A DNA stretch of 64,000 nt from an uncultured Gemmatimonadales bacterium. Lineage in GTDB: Bacteria; Gemmatimonadota; Gemmatimonadetes; Longimicrobiales; RSA9. The stretch covers positions 480,001 to 544,000 of the forward strand of contig CAWCRS010000008.1 of the NCBI GenBank assembly GCA_963798085.1, read 5' to 3'. Under the pieces are notes generated by a model, which worked only from the letters and a program-made list of their open reading frames with translations, ran no database searches and was not told the DNA's origin. The position numbers were made by a program, and so were the translations under genes. Below, piece after piece: positions 9,451 to 20,884 of the stretch. The stretch's first letter is position 1. Every line of letters starts with the position of its first letter.

Positions 9451-10941
9451 ATGCCCAGACACGATCCGGTGCACGACCTGGAACTCCTGATCCGGTCGCG
9501 CTACGGACTCATCGTCATCGAGACAGCGGAGGATGATCGCGCCGAGACGCTGCTGCGCCTCGTCGCCGATCACGTGTCACTGCCACTGTTCCTCTGGTCG
9601 CGCTCCAAGGGGCTGCGCCGCGATGGCGCCGTCAGCGCCGTGTACGGCACGACGGACCCGACCCAGGCGCTGGGCCACGTGTCCAGCGCACGCATGGATG
9701 CGCTCTACTACCTCGCCGGCAGCGAGGCCATCCTCGCGGATGCGGCGCTCGTGGACCGCATGCGCGAGATCGTCACCGAGCTGGGTACGCGCGCGGGCGC
9801 ACTCATCCTGACCGGCGCGGCGCTCACTTTGCCGGAGTCGATCCGCCGCCTGAGCGCCACCGTCACATTGCCACCACCCGATGGCGAGGAATTCGAGCGG
9901 CTGATCCAGCGCCTGTCGCGGGACCTGCGCCAGCGCATGCGCGTGGAGGTGGCATTGACGCCGGAGGAGACCTCGCGACTGGTGACCAACCTGCGCGGGC
10001 TCACGCTGATCGAGGCGGAGAAAGTCCTGACGCGTGCCATCGTGGAAGACGGCAGGCTGGCTGCAGACGACGTCGCCGCGGTCATCGAGTTCAAGAAGGA
10101 GATCGTCGAGCGCGAGGGCGTGCTCGAGTACTACCCTGTCGAAGAAACACTCGCCAATGTCGCGGACCTTGCAGGCCTCAAGGCCTGGCTGGCCAAGCGC
10201 ACCCAGTTCATCAGCGCGCCGGAAAAAGCCGAAGAGTTCGGGCTCTCCTTCCCCAAGGGCGTGCTGCTCATTGGCGTGCCCGGCTGCGGCAAGAGTCTGT
10301 GTGCACGCGCTGTCGCCATGGAATGGAAGCTGCCCCTGCTCAAGCTCGATCCCGGCCGCCTCTACAACAAGTTCATGGGCGAAAGCGAGAAGAACTTCCG
10401 TCGCGCGATGGACGCAGCCGAGCGCCTGGCGCCCTGCGTCCTCTTCATCGATGAGCTGGAAAAGGCCTTCGCTTCCGGGGACAGCGAGGATGGCGGCGTG
10501 TCGCAGCGCGTCCTGGGCACGTTCCTGTCCTGGATGCAGGACCGCTCCGGCGATGTCTTCACGGTCGCCACCGCCAACGACGTGTCGCGCCTGCCCCCCG
10601 AATTCCTGCGCAAGGGCCGCTTCGACGAGATCTTCTTCGTGGACCTGCCCAACGCCGAGGCGAGGTGCGCCATCTTCAACATCCACCTGAAAAAGCGGCA
10701 CCAGGACCCGTCCGCCTTCGACGTGCAGGCGCTGGTCGCCGCCACCGACGGTTTCAGCGGCGCGGAGATCGAGCAGACCGTGGTGGCCGCGCTCTACACC
10801 GCGTTCTCCGCCCGGCAGAAGCTCGAGACCGCGCACGTCCTGCACGAGATCGCAGCCACGCGCCCGCTATCGCTGACCATGGCCGAACGCGTCAGCGCTC
10901 TGCGCGCCTGGGCGAAGGGCCGCACCGTGGGCGCTAACTAG
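9451..10941 (+). CDS. AAA+ ATPase, Ycf46/SpoVK-like
   Basis: Inactive N-terminal AAA-like domain. PKGVLLIGVPGCGKSL Walker A, VLFIDELEK Walker B, PPEFLRKGRFDEIFFVDLP, and C-terminal LRAWAKGRTVGAN. Confidence 0.9.
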   Translation: MPRHDPVHDLELLIRSRYGLIVIETAEDDRAETLLRLVADHVSLPLFLWSRSKGLRRDGAVSAVYGTTDPTQALGHVSSARMDALYYLAGSEAILADAALVDRMREIVTELGTRAGALILTGAALTLPESIRRLSATVTLPPPDGEEFERLIQRLSRDLRQRMRVEVALTPEETSRLVTNLRGLTLIEAEKVLTRAIVEDGRLAADDVAAVIEFKKEIVEREGVLEYYPVEETLANVADLAGLKAWLAKRTQFISAPEKAEEFGLSFPKGVLLIGVPGCGKSLCARAVAMEWKLPLLKLDPGRLYNKFMGESEKNFRRAMDAAERLAPCVLFIDELEKAFASGDSEDGGVSQRVLGTFLSWMQDRSGDVFTVATANDVSRLPPEFLRKGRFDEIFFVDLPNAEARCAIFNIHLKKRHQDPSAFDVQALVAATDGFSGAEIEQTVVAALYTAFSARQKLETAHVLHEIAATRPLSLTMAERVSALRAWAKGRTVGAN

Positions 10942-10949
10942 AGCGTAGC

Positions 10950-11267
10950 GAACGGCGTTGCCGGGGCTGGTTGCCGGGGCTGGTGGCTCGGGAACGGCAG
11001 ATCTGCTGCAACGGCGTCTCCCGTGCCGGGGCACGGGCTCGGGCTGGACTCACGAAAGGTCTGCGTTGCCGGCGGCCAGGCCAACGCTGCGGTCACCGCA
11101 TTCCAGGGCAGCGGCTAACACCTCATTCGAGATGCAGAACGGCCGGACCACTGTCGCAGTCCGGCCGATAATCTTCTCCGCTCCCCCACCATGTCCCGAG
11201 GCCTGACCCGAGAAACCGATTCGCCCGCGAATCAGCCTTCCCGAGCCCGGCCCCGGCAACGCCGTTC
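10950..11267. repeat. Intergenic inverted-repeat element, family B (GTTGCYGGGGCTG units)
   Basis: 18-bp perfect inverted ends GAACGGCGTTGCCGGGGC (10950-10967 and 11250-11267). Internal hairpin at 11140-11167. Confidence 0.75.
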
Positions 11268-11279
11268 AAACGCCTGGCA

Positions 11280-14200
11280 CTACCACCCCGGTTGGAGCTG
11301 GAACCCGATATGGCCGCCCTTGTCGGGGCGCTGGAACGGAACGGCGTAGTATGTCTCCAGCACCAGGAAGCCGAGGATGTTCATGCGTGCGCTGATGCCG
11401 GCGCTGAATACGGGCACGCGGGCGTCGGTGTTGCGCGCGAAGGTGAAGTCCACGTTGTCGCCACTCGACCACGCGAGGCCCGCGTCGATGAAGGGGGCGA
11501 TCTCGGTGGGCAGGTACGGGAAATTGATCAGCCCGAATTCCGGCACGCCGAACAGCGGCACGCGCAGTTCGAGGTTGGCTACGGCAATGCGCGAGCCGAG
11601 CAGGCGGTCGAATACCGGGCAGGAGGACTGCTGCACACTGGTCGTATGGCATTCGCTGGTGTTGAACGAGTTCTGCCCGTACCCGCGCACGAAGGTCGCG
11701 TAGCCCAGGAACACGGGGGACAGCACCTGCGTGCCGTTGCTGGCGAGGCCGCTGGCATCGGGGCCATACCGCCCGAAGTGCAGGGCGCGGAAGGCGAATG
11801 TGAACGGCTTCTTGAATATGTAATCACGATAGTCCGCCAGCAGCGTGCCGTACTTGAGCGTTCCCAGCGTAGGTGTGACCGCGAAGCGGAAGCGCTTGCC
11901 GGATACGGGTGACGTGAAGCCGTAGTACGAATTGTCACCGACGAACGCCATCGAGGTCTCGAGGAACGTGATGGGAGCGGGCGAGACCGTGTCCACGCGC
12001 ACCACGTTGGTCAGCTGCTGGCCGGTGAAGGCATCGAAGTACGCCCGGTCGATCTCCGTGTTGAAGCCGTAGCGCGTGACGCCCCCGCTGAACTCCAGGC
12101 GCCGCGTCTGCGAGAACGGGTAGTACATGAGCGCCGCAGCCTGGTCGATGTAGATGCGCTGCAGCACCTGGTTCAATAACAGTGTGTTCGGGTCGCTCGG
12201 GTTCTGGTCGTAGTACGAATAGCCGGTCAGATAGGGGATGTGGCCAATGGAGGCGCCCCAGTTGAGGCGGCGCGACGCGTTGCGGTAGATGGCCTGGCCG
12301 CCAATATCCTTGAGTGTGCCGTTCGCCTGAATGGCGGTGCCGATGAATTGGTCGCCCAGCTCATCGCCGAAGAATGCGGACACGCCCCCCGCCAGCACGG
12401 CGCCGTAGTTCGAGGTGCCCACGCCGAAGGAGGGCGGCCCCAGGTAATCGAGCGAGATCTTGGGCGAGTAGTTCGTCGTCGGAAAATCGCCTGATTCCGG
12501 CAGACCCGTGTCCGGGTCGTTCAGGTACTGCGACACGATACCGCCGCCGGCCGCTTCGAGCGGCGGCAGCAGCTGCGCCGGCAGCACGCGCGGCTCCTGG
12601 CCCGCCTGCACCACCGTGCCGCACACCTGGGCGCAGTCCAGCGAATAGATGTTGTTGCCCGAGTTCTCGAACGCGGAGAACATGAGCAGCCCGGTTTCCC
12701 GCGACACCGAGATCGCGGGCGACAGCGCCGTGATGCCGCTGACGCCGGTCGCCAGGCGTGTCACCTGGAAGACCTGCTGGCTCTCGACGTTGATGCGGTA
12801 GACGTCGCTGAAGCCCTCGTGATCGGAAATGAAGTAGATCTCCCTGCTGTCCGGAGACCACTGCGGATTGATGTGCTTCGCGCCGCAGAACGGATCCAGC
12901 AGACGGATCTGCTTCGTCGCCACATCCATGAGCCCGATCTGCATGGGCGCGTAGGTCAGCTGATCGAAGTTGGTGCCGCCGCGATCCGTCACCCAGGCGA
13001 TGGTGTTGCCGTCCGGCGACCAGGCCGGCTGGATGTCGGCGTAACGGTCATTGGTCAGCTGCGTCACATCGTTGGTGGCTACGTCCAGGATGTACAGGTC
13101 GCTCTGACCGCCGGACATGCCGGAAAACACGATCCTGCGCCCATCAGGGGACCAGTGCGGATCGGTGACCGCGCCCACGCCGGGCGGCGAGATGTGCTTC
13201 TCGACCTTCGTCGACTCCACGTCGAGGATCTCCAGCTGGCTGTTGCCGCCGCGGAACACGACGAAGGCGAACTTCTTGCCATCGGGCGACCAGCCGCCGG
13301 ACGCCTGGATGTAGCTGATTGCGTCCATGTGCTGATCGCGCTGCGGGCTGGACAGCACCTTGAGGGTCTTGCCCGTGGCTGCATTGGCGAGGATGAGATC
13401 AGGCGTGAAGAGATTGCGCCGCCCGATGAACACCACCTTGGAGCCATCCGGACTGACGGATGGCGAGATGTTCATGGCGCCGGGTTCGGGATCGTAGAGC
13501 ACGCGTTTGCCCACGTCCTGCGGGCGCTGCCGGCCGGCGATGATGGGCAGATACGTCGACCGGATCGATGTGATCCAGTCCTGCGACAGCTGGGAAGAAT
13601 TCACGCCCAGCACGCGCTGCAGTGCCTCTTCGAAGCCGGTGGTCGTGGCAATACGGAAGACCTCGGGCACCGCACGGTCGCCCCAGCGTCCGGCGATGTA
13701 TGCCCAGAGCGCCTGACCGTAGCGGTAGGCGAAATACGGGCCGGTGGTGAGCTGCTGAATCGTCGGCAGGTCACCGCGCAGTGCGGCGTCGCGCAGCCAC
13801 ATCGCGGTGTGCGCGTCCTGCCGGCCCAGCGACAGATACTCGGCCATCCCTTCCACCAGCCACGACGGCAGGCGGCTGAAGCCGGCGAGTCCGCCGCCCT
13901 GCGGTGAGGAGGCGAGGTCGTACTGGAACACGTGCACCATCTCGTGGCCCAGCACGTGATCATTGTCCTGGTAGACGCCCGTGTAGGGCATGATCACGCG
14001 ATTGCGCAGCCCTTCCGTGACGCCGCCCGTTTCCTCACCCAGCGCCTCATTGATGACGTTGGTCTGCTGGAAGTCGGGATGGTCGGCGTAGAAGATCAGG
14101 GGCTTCTTGTCGAACTCGTGCTGGAAGGTGCGCGAGTGGCGCGTGTACCAGCGCTCGGCCATGCGCGCGGCATCCCTGGTGACTTCCAGTTCGGCAGGGT

Positions 14201-14363
14201 AGTAGTGCACATCGAAGTGCGGCGTCTTCATGATGCGCCAGTTCAGGTGCTCGTACTGCACCTTCTGGCGACCGAAGTACTGTGCTGAAGCCGGTGCGGC
14301 CGTGCCGGCGAGGCAGGCCGCGACGATGGAGAGGCCGAGACCCCTTCCTCTCAGGAGAGACAT
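11280..14363 (-). CDS. Omp85/BamA-TamA-family outer-membrane protein with N-terminal gluzincin-like domain and TolB/PD40 propeller
   Basis: Signal peptide; HEMVH...EGMAEY zincin motif; multiple WSPDG repeats; barrel motifs VRGY, ANLELRVP and PFIDAG; terminal W. GGAGG lies upstream of ATG 14363. Confidence 0.85.
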   Translation of the reverse strand: MSLLRGRGLGLSIVAACLAGTAAPASAQYFGRQKVQYEHLNWRIMKTPHFDVHYYPAELEVTRDAARMAERWYTRHSRTFQHEFDKKPLIFYADHPDFQQTNVINEALGEETGGVTEGLRNRVIMPYTGVYQDNDHVLGHEMVHVFQYDLASSPQGGGLAGFSRLPSWLVEGMAEYLSLGRQDAHTAMWLRDAALRGDLPTIQQLTTGPYFAYRYGQALWAYIAGRWGDRAVPEVFRIATTTGFEEALQRVLGVNSSQLSQDWITSIRSTYLPIIAGRQRPQDVGKRVLYDPEPGAMNISPSVSPDGSKVVFIGRRNLFTPDLILANAATGKTLKVLSSPQRDQHMDAISYIQASGGWSPDGKKFAFVVFRGGNSQLEILDVESTKVEKHISPPGVGAVTDPHWSPDGRRIVFSGMSGGQSDLYILDVATNDVTQLTNDRYADIQPAWSPDGNTIAWVTDRGGTNFDQLTYAPMQIGLMDVATKQIRLLDPFCGAKHINPQWSPDSREIYFISDHEGFSDVYRINVESQQVFQVTRLATGVSGITALSPAISVSRETGLLMFSAFENSGNNIYSLDCAQVCGTVVQAGQEPRVLPAQLLPPLEAAGGGIVSQYLNDPDTGLPESGDFPTTNYSPKISLDYLGPPSFGVGTSNYGAVLAGGVSAFFGDELGDQFIGTAIQANGTLKDIGGQAIYRNASRRLNWGASIGHIPYLTGYSYYDQNPSDPNTLLLNQVLQRIYIDQAAALMYYPFSQTRRLEFSGGVTRYGFNTEIDRAYFDAFTGQQLTNVVRVDTVSPAPITFLETSMAFVGDNSYYGFTSPVSGKRFRFAVTPTLGTLKYGTLLADYRDYIFKKPFTFAFRALHFGRYGPDASGLASNGTQVLSPVFLGYATFVRGYGQNSFNTSECHTTSVQQSSCPVFDRLLGSRIAVANLELRVPLFGVPEFGLINFPYLPTEIAPFIDAGLAWSSGDNVDFTFARNTDARVPVFSAGISARMNILGFLVLETYYAVPFQRPDKGGHIGFQLQPGW

Positions 14364-14917
14364 CCGAACCTCCCCGCCAATGTCACTGAACGTGATTCGC
14401 ATTCCATTGCGGCAGCGGCCTCGCGCACGAGTGCGTGCGTGGCGCGCGTGCCCCCCTGTAGACCTGTACAGCGACCATAATTCTAACAACGCACGACGCG
14501 TTCCTGATCGTACGCCACGCTCTGCTCCGGGCTACCGGCCGAGCGGGTCGCAACCAGATAGACACCTGCGGCCGGCCACGACCCTTAGCAGTTGGCCACA
14601 GGCGGGGATGACGTGGACCAGACGACCGCGCTCATGGTCGGAATCCAGGGGCATTCGAGGACCGCTGCAGCCCGAATCCTGCACGGGAGAGCCTGACGGA
14701 TCCTGCCGTGCCGCAGGGATTCTCCCCGCACGACCCGCTCGCCTCAACTCTCCGCCCCCGCACGCCCGATACTGGAATGGACGGTCAGTGGACCGTCGGG
14801 TTCGATGGCGCAATGCAAAACCGCGGGTTTGCAGGATGCGAACGAGCCCGTAACACGTTGACCGGCACGCGCTCGCGAGAAATGCGACGCGTGGGGATCT
14901 ACCCCTGCAAAGTGCAA

Positions 14918-16546
14918 ATGGCGCAGACGCTGCGTTTGCTCAGGGTCCTTTACATCGGGCGCCTCACCATCGCGGTCGGCATCTTCGTGGCCGCGTTGTG
15001 GGCGTGGACGGACGCGCCTGCGGACGTCACGCTGATAGCCACGCTTGCGCTGCTGCTGTCTCTCGCCGTTTCCGGCATTGGTTTCTGGTACACCGATGTG
15101 CTGGGTCGCCGGCCCGGGCGCGACTTCGTCTACTGCCAGGTTCTGTTCGACACGCTGCTCGTCACCGCCATCGTCCACATCACCACGGTCAGCAACGGCC
15201 CGAGCGATTTCTCGGCACTGTACGTCCCGGTCATTGCCACGGCCGCACTGCTGCTGCCCATGCCCGGTGGTCTGCTGGTCGGCGGGCTCGCCAGCATTCT
15301 CTACATCGCGGACATTCTGTGGCTGCAGACCTTCGGCGTGAGCGTCGCGTCGCTGATGCAGGTCGGGCTCTTCGTCGTGATCGCGGGCGTCACCGCGGTG
15401 CTGGGTCACCGCTTGCGGCGAACCGGCACGGCGCTGGGCATGGCGGAGTCCGAGCTGCGCCAGCTGCGCCTGGACACGGGGGACATCCTGGCGGCGATCG
15501 ACACGGGTCTCGTGACCGTGGCCGATGACGGTCGCCTCATGTACATGAATGCCGCCGCCCAGGCGATTCTCGAGCTGCGTCAGGACGACTGGCGGGGCCG
15601 CGCTGTGATCGACGCGCTGGACCGCGCCGCGCCGCAGCTGGGCACCACGATTGCCCGCACGGCGAGAACCGGCATGGCGGTGCGCCGTCTCGAGGTGCGC
15701 GTGCCGCATCCCGAAGGCGATGCCTTCCTCGCGGTACGCACCACGCTGCTGGACCGGCCCCAGCATCCATGGGTGACGGCGGTTATCCAGGACGTGACCG
15801 AACACCGGCAGATCGATGATCTGATCCGGCGTGCCGAGCGGCTGCAGGCCATTGCCGAGCTGGGCGCGTCGCTGGCGCACGAGATCAAGAATCCGCTGGC
15901 CTCCATTCGCAGCAGCATCGAGCAGCTGATGCGCAACCGTCTGGGTCAAGACGATCGCGACACACTGCAGCGCCTCGTGCTCGCGGAATCGGATCGCCTG
16001 AGCCGGCTGCTGGCAGAGTTCATGGAGTTCTCGCGTCTCGAGCTGCGTCGCTGGAAGGTGCTCGACCTGCGCGACATCGCATCGGAAGCGGTGGGCCTCG
16101 CGGCCCAGCATCCGGATACCGGCGCGGGTACGCGCATCGAGCTGGACGCGCCGCTGGATCCGCTCGTCGTCGATGGCGATCAGGACCTGCTGCACCGCGC
16201 TGTGTTCAACCTGGTGCTCAATGGTGTCCAGCACGCCGGTCCCAGCGGTCGCGTGCGCGTTCAGCTGGGCCGCGCCGATACCTTCGAAGTGCCGGCCAGC
16301 GTGCCCATCGAATCACCGGTGCGACTCACGGTCGAGGACTCGGGTCCCGGAATCCGCGAGGAAGACATCGGCCGGCTCTTCGATCCTTTCTTCACCACGC
16401 GCAACGGCGGCAACGGCCTCGGCCTCGCCATGGTGCATCGCGCCATTGAAGCGCATCGCGGCGCCATACTCGTCGACGGCAACGTCGGCCGCGGCGCCCG
16501 CTTCACAGTCTATCTTCCTGCTCACAGCAACGGTCGGAGGAACTGA
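14918..16546 (+). CDS. pilS: PilS-like sensor histidine kinase (multi-TM, PAS, HisKA, HATPase)
   Basis: About 6 N-terminal TMs with QVLFDTLLVTAIVHIT...SDFSALY, H-box LAHEIKNPL, and N/G/F boxes. It lies upstream of pilR in a pilus locus. Start is uncertain (14882 possible). Confidence 0.8.
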   Translation: MAQTLRLLRVLYIGRLTIAVGIFVAALWAWTDAPADVTLIATLALLLSLAVSGIGFWYTDVLGRRPGRDFVYCQVLFDTLLVTAIVHITTVSNGPSDFSALYVPVIATAALLLPMPGGLLVGGLASILYIADILWLQTFGVSVASLMQVGLFVVIAGVTAVLGHRLRRTGTALGMAESELRQLRLDTGDILAAIDTGLVTVADDGRLMYMNAAAQAILELRQDDWRGRAVIDALDRAAPQLGTTIARTARTGMAVRRLEVRVPHPEGDAFLAVRTTLLDRPQHPWVTAVIQDVTEHRQIDDLIRRAERLQAIAELGASLAHEIKNPLASIRSSIEQLMRNRLGQDDRDTLQRLVLAESDRLSRLLAEFMEFSRLELRRWKVLDLRDIASEAVGLAAQHPDTGAGTRIELDAPLDPLVVDGDQDLLHRAVFNLVLNGVQHAGPSGRVRVQLGRADTFEVPASVPIESPVRLTVEDSGPGIREEDIGRLFDPFFTTRNGGNGLGLAMVHRAIEAHRGAILVDGNVGRGARFTVYLPAHSNGRRN

Positions 16547-16549
16547 GGA

Positions 16550-17929
<1,380 letters not shown>

Positions 17930-17976
17930 CCGACGATTTCGAGAACCACTCGCGCATCAGGAGGGACCCTACCTCA

Positions 17977-18774
17977 ATGCGGCTTAGCGTCGTCATGCCC
18001 GTCTACAACGAAGCGCCCACCGTGCAATACTCGATTGCGCGCGTGCGCTCCGTTCCCCTTTCCATCGAACTGGTGTGCATCGACGATGCCTCCACCGATG
18101 GCACACGCGCGGTCCTCGAGCAGCTGCACCAGGACGGTGTGATCGACGTGCTGCTGCTGCAGGAACAGAATCAGGGGAAGGGTGCGGCCGTGCGGCGAGG
18201 CATCCAGGCGGCCACCGGCGATGTGATCGTGATCCAGGACGCTGACCTCGAATACGATCCTTTCGAGCTGCCTCGCCTGCTCGATCCCATTCTCGATGGC
18301 CGCGCGGATGCCGTCCTGGGCAGTCGCTTCCTGGGTGGCGTGCACCGCGTCCTCTACTTCTGGCACCGTCTGGGCAACGGACTGCTGACGCTGCTGTCCA
18401 ACATGCTCACGGACCTGAACGTCACGGACATGGAGACGTGCTACAAGATGGTGCGCGCGGATCTCATGAAGAGTCTGCCGCTGACGGCGGATCGCTTCGG
18501 CATCGAGCCGGAGCTGACCGCACGGCTGGCGCAGTCCCGCGCCCGCATCTACGAAGTGCCCATCAGCTATTCGGGCCGCACCTATGCCGAGGGCAAGAAG
18601 ATCGGCTGGCGTGACGGCGTCGCCGCCTTCTGGCACATCGTGCGCTTCAATCTTTCGGGACCGCGCGCGCCCCTGTACAAGCCGGTACGCAGCCTGACGC
18701 CGCCGCAGCCCGGCGTGATCGCGGACCAGCCACCCGTGGTGCGCAATGCCACGCGAGGCGTGACCGGCCCGTGA
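17977..18774 (+). CDS. GT2 glycosyltransferase, DPM1-like polyprenyl-phosphate sugar synthase
   Basis: [50 protein letters not shown] and [22 protein letters not shown]. Alternative start 17926 overlaps the pilR stop. Confidence 0.9.
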   Translation: MRLSVVMPVYNEAPTVQYSIARVRSVPLSIELVCIDDASTDGTRAVLEQLHQDGVIDVLLLQEQNQGKGAAVRRGIQAATGDVIVIQDADLEYDPFELPRLLDPILDGRADAVLGSRFLGGVHRVLYFWHRLGNGLLTLLSNMLTDLNVTDMETCYKMVRADLMKSLPLTADRFGIEPELTARLAQSRARIYEVPISYSGRTYAEGKKIGWRDGVAAFWHIVRFNLSGPRAPLYKPVRSLTPPQPGVIADQPPVVRNATRGVTGP

Positions 18775-20883
18775 ACGCCAGGCTGGGGGGCATGGAAGCC
18801 CCTGCCGCCTCGAGCCGACGCACAGGCATGATGCCATGGCGGGGGTTGCGTGCGGCGCTGGGCGCAGTGCTGGCGCTGCTCGCGGTGCTCCCTCTCCATT
18901 CTCTGCTGCAGCGGCCCGAAACCGGACTGGCCGGCGCCGCGACCGCAGCCATGACACAGGCGTACACCTCGTTCGTCTGGGCCGGCTTCCTGTTCCTGCT
19001 GATTCCCGCATTCCTGGCTTGCAGGCTGTTAGAGCCGGCCGCGATGGAGCGCGCAGCCGGGCGCGCGGGCCGGTTGCTGACCGCATTGCCGGCTGGTGCG
19101 TTCGCGACACTGGCCGCGCTCATCGCCTTCGCCGCCGCGGCCGGCTTCGGCGCCCTTGTGCTGCACGGGCAGCCCAACCTGATCGATGCCATGGCGCAGC
19201 TGCTGCAGGCCCGGTACCTGGCGGCCGGGCACTGGTCCGGTCCGGGGCCGGCGCTGGGCGCGTTCTGGCAGACGCAGCAGAGCCTGTTCACACCGCACGG
19301 CTGGGTGTCGCAGTACCCGCCCGGGCACATCGTGCTGCTCACGCTGGGGCTGCGGCTGCACGCGGTGTGGGCGGTGGGCCCGTTCATGCTGGCGCTGACC
19401 GTGCTGTTCGCAACGCTCGCGGCCGGACGCCTGCTGCCGGAGCGCCCCGCGGTGGCTCGCCTGGGCGGATTGCTGGTGGCGGTCTCGCCGTTCCTGATCG
19501 CGCACGCCGGTGCCTACATGAACCACACCACGGCGGCGGCCTTCGGCGCGTTCGCAGTATGGAGCGCATTGCGCGCGGCGCGCGGCAAATGGCTGTGGGC
19601 CGTGGCGGCCGGCGCCGGTGTGGGCGCGCAGTTCGCTACCCGGCCGCTCTCGGGCGTGACGCTGGGCATCACCCTGGCCGTGTGGCTGGGGCTGTCCCAT
19701 CATGATGCAGGCGACGACACTGCGTCCGCCTCCTCTTCTAACTCCGTGTCAGTACTCGCCGGGCTGGCGCTGGGCGCACTGCCGCTGCTGCTGGCCGTGG
19801 CGTTCTACAACCTGCACTTCTTCGGCTCGCCCACGCGCTTCGGCTACGACGCGGCGCTGGGGCCGGCCGGCGGGCTGGGCTTCGGCACAGACCCGTGGGG
19901 CAACACGTACGGGCCGGCCCAGGCGCTGGCCTACACATCAGCCGAGCTGAGCACGCTCGGGCTCTTCCTGCTCGAGACGCCCCTGCCGCTCGTGGCCGTG
20001 ATCGGCCTGTTCCTGATGTTCGCGCCGCGGCTCTCGCGCAATGAGCGCCTGCTCGTTGCGTGGGCGACACTGCCGGTGGCGGCGCAGCTGCTCTACTGGC
20101 ATCACGGCCTCTTCATGGGACCGCGCATGCTGAACGAAGTGGCGCCCGCGTGGTGTCTGCTGGCGGCGCTGGCGGGTGTGACGCTCGTCGAACGGCTGCC
20201 CGAGCGCATGGCGGCGGCCACGCAGTACTCGCCGCGCGTGCTGGGCGCGAGTCTGCTGGGCGGCGCCCTGGTCGCCGGCGTGGCCGCGCTCTCGCCGTTG
20301 CGACTGGTCAGCTACGCGCAGCACCCGGCCGCGCTCGACGCGGTCAGAGGGGCATTGTCGCCGGCACTGGTGTTCGTGCATGGCGGCTGGACCTCCCGCC
20401 TGTCCATGCGCCTCGCGGCCGCGGGCATGCGCCTCGATTCCGTGGAGAGCGCACTGCGCCAGAACCCGACGTGCGCGGTGCAGCAGTACGCCGACGCGCG
20501 CGAGCAGGGCGGCGCGCTGCCTGCCCTCGATTTCGTGCCGCGCGCGTTCCCCCTGCCGCAGTCGGTCGAGATTTCACCCGGCAACCGCATACGCATTGGC
20601 AAGGGCGAATCGCTGAGCGGCGAGTGTGCGCGCGAAGCGACCGCCGACCGCCAGGGTACCATTCGACGTGTCGCCGCTGCTCTGGCGCGGCGACCTGGCC
20701 GGGCTGGACGGGAATAACATCATGTTTGTGCGCGATCTCGGGCCCGCGGCCAACGCCCGCATGCTGGCCGCTGTGCCGCAGCGCCGGCCGTGGCTGCTGG
20801 TGCCGGCCTCGCCCGACGCCCCGCCTGCGCTGCTGCCCTACGCGCAGAGCATGAGCACGCTCTGGGGCCCGGCGGGGGAATAG
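18771..20883 (+). CDS. Multi-TM GT-C-like (ArnT/PMT-related) glycosyltransferase, +1 frameshift near 20662
   Basis: Many TM segments; loop motifs [14 protein letters not shown] and SQYPPGH; GPRM motif. The ORF 18771-20717 continues as [11 protein letters not shown] in the +1 frame to 20883. Confidence 0.7.
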
Positions 20884-20884
20884 C

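Noticed and set aside
14680..14790. GGGAGAG...GCCGCAGGG...AACTCTC, loosely like a glycine riboswitch aptamer
   Set aside because: The conserved CCGAAG and CTCTCAGG elements are not matched, and the downstream gene is pilS rather than a glycine gene. A covariance-model scan would be needed.
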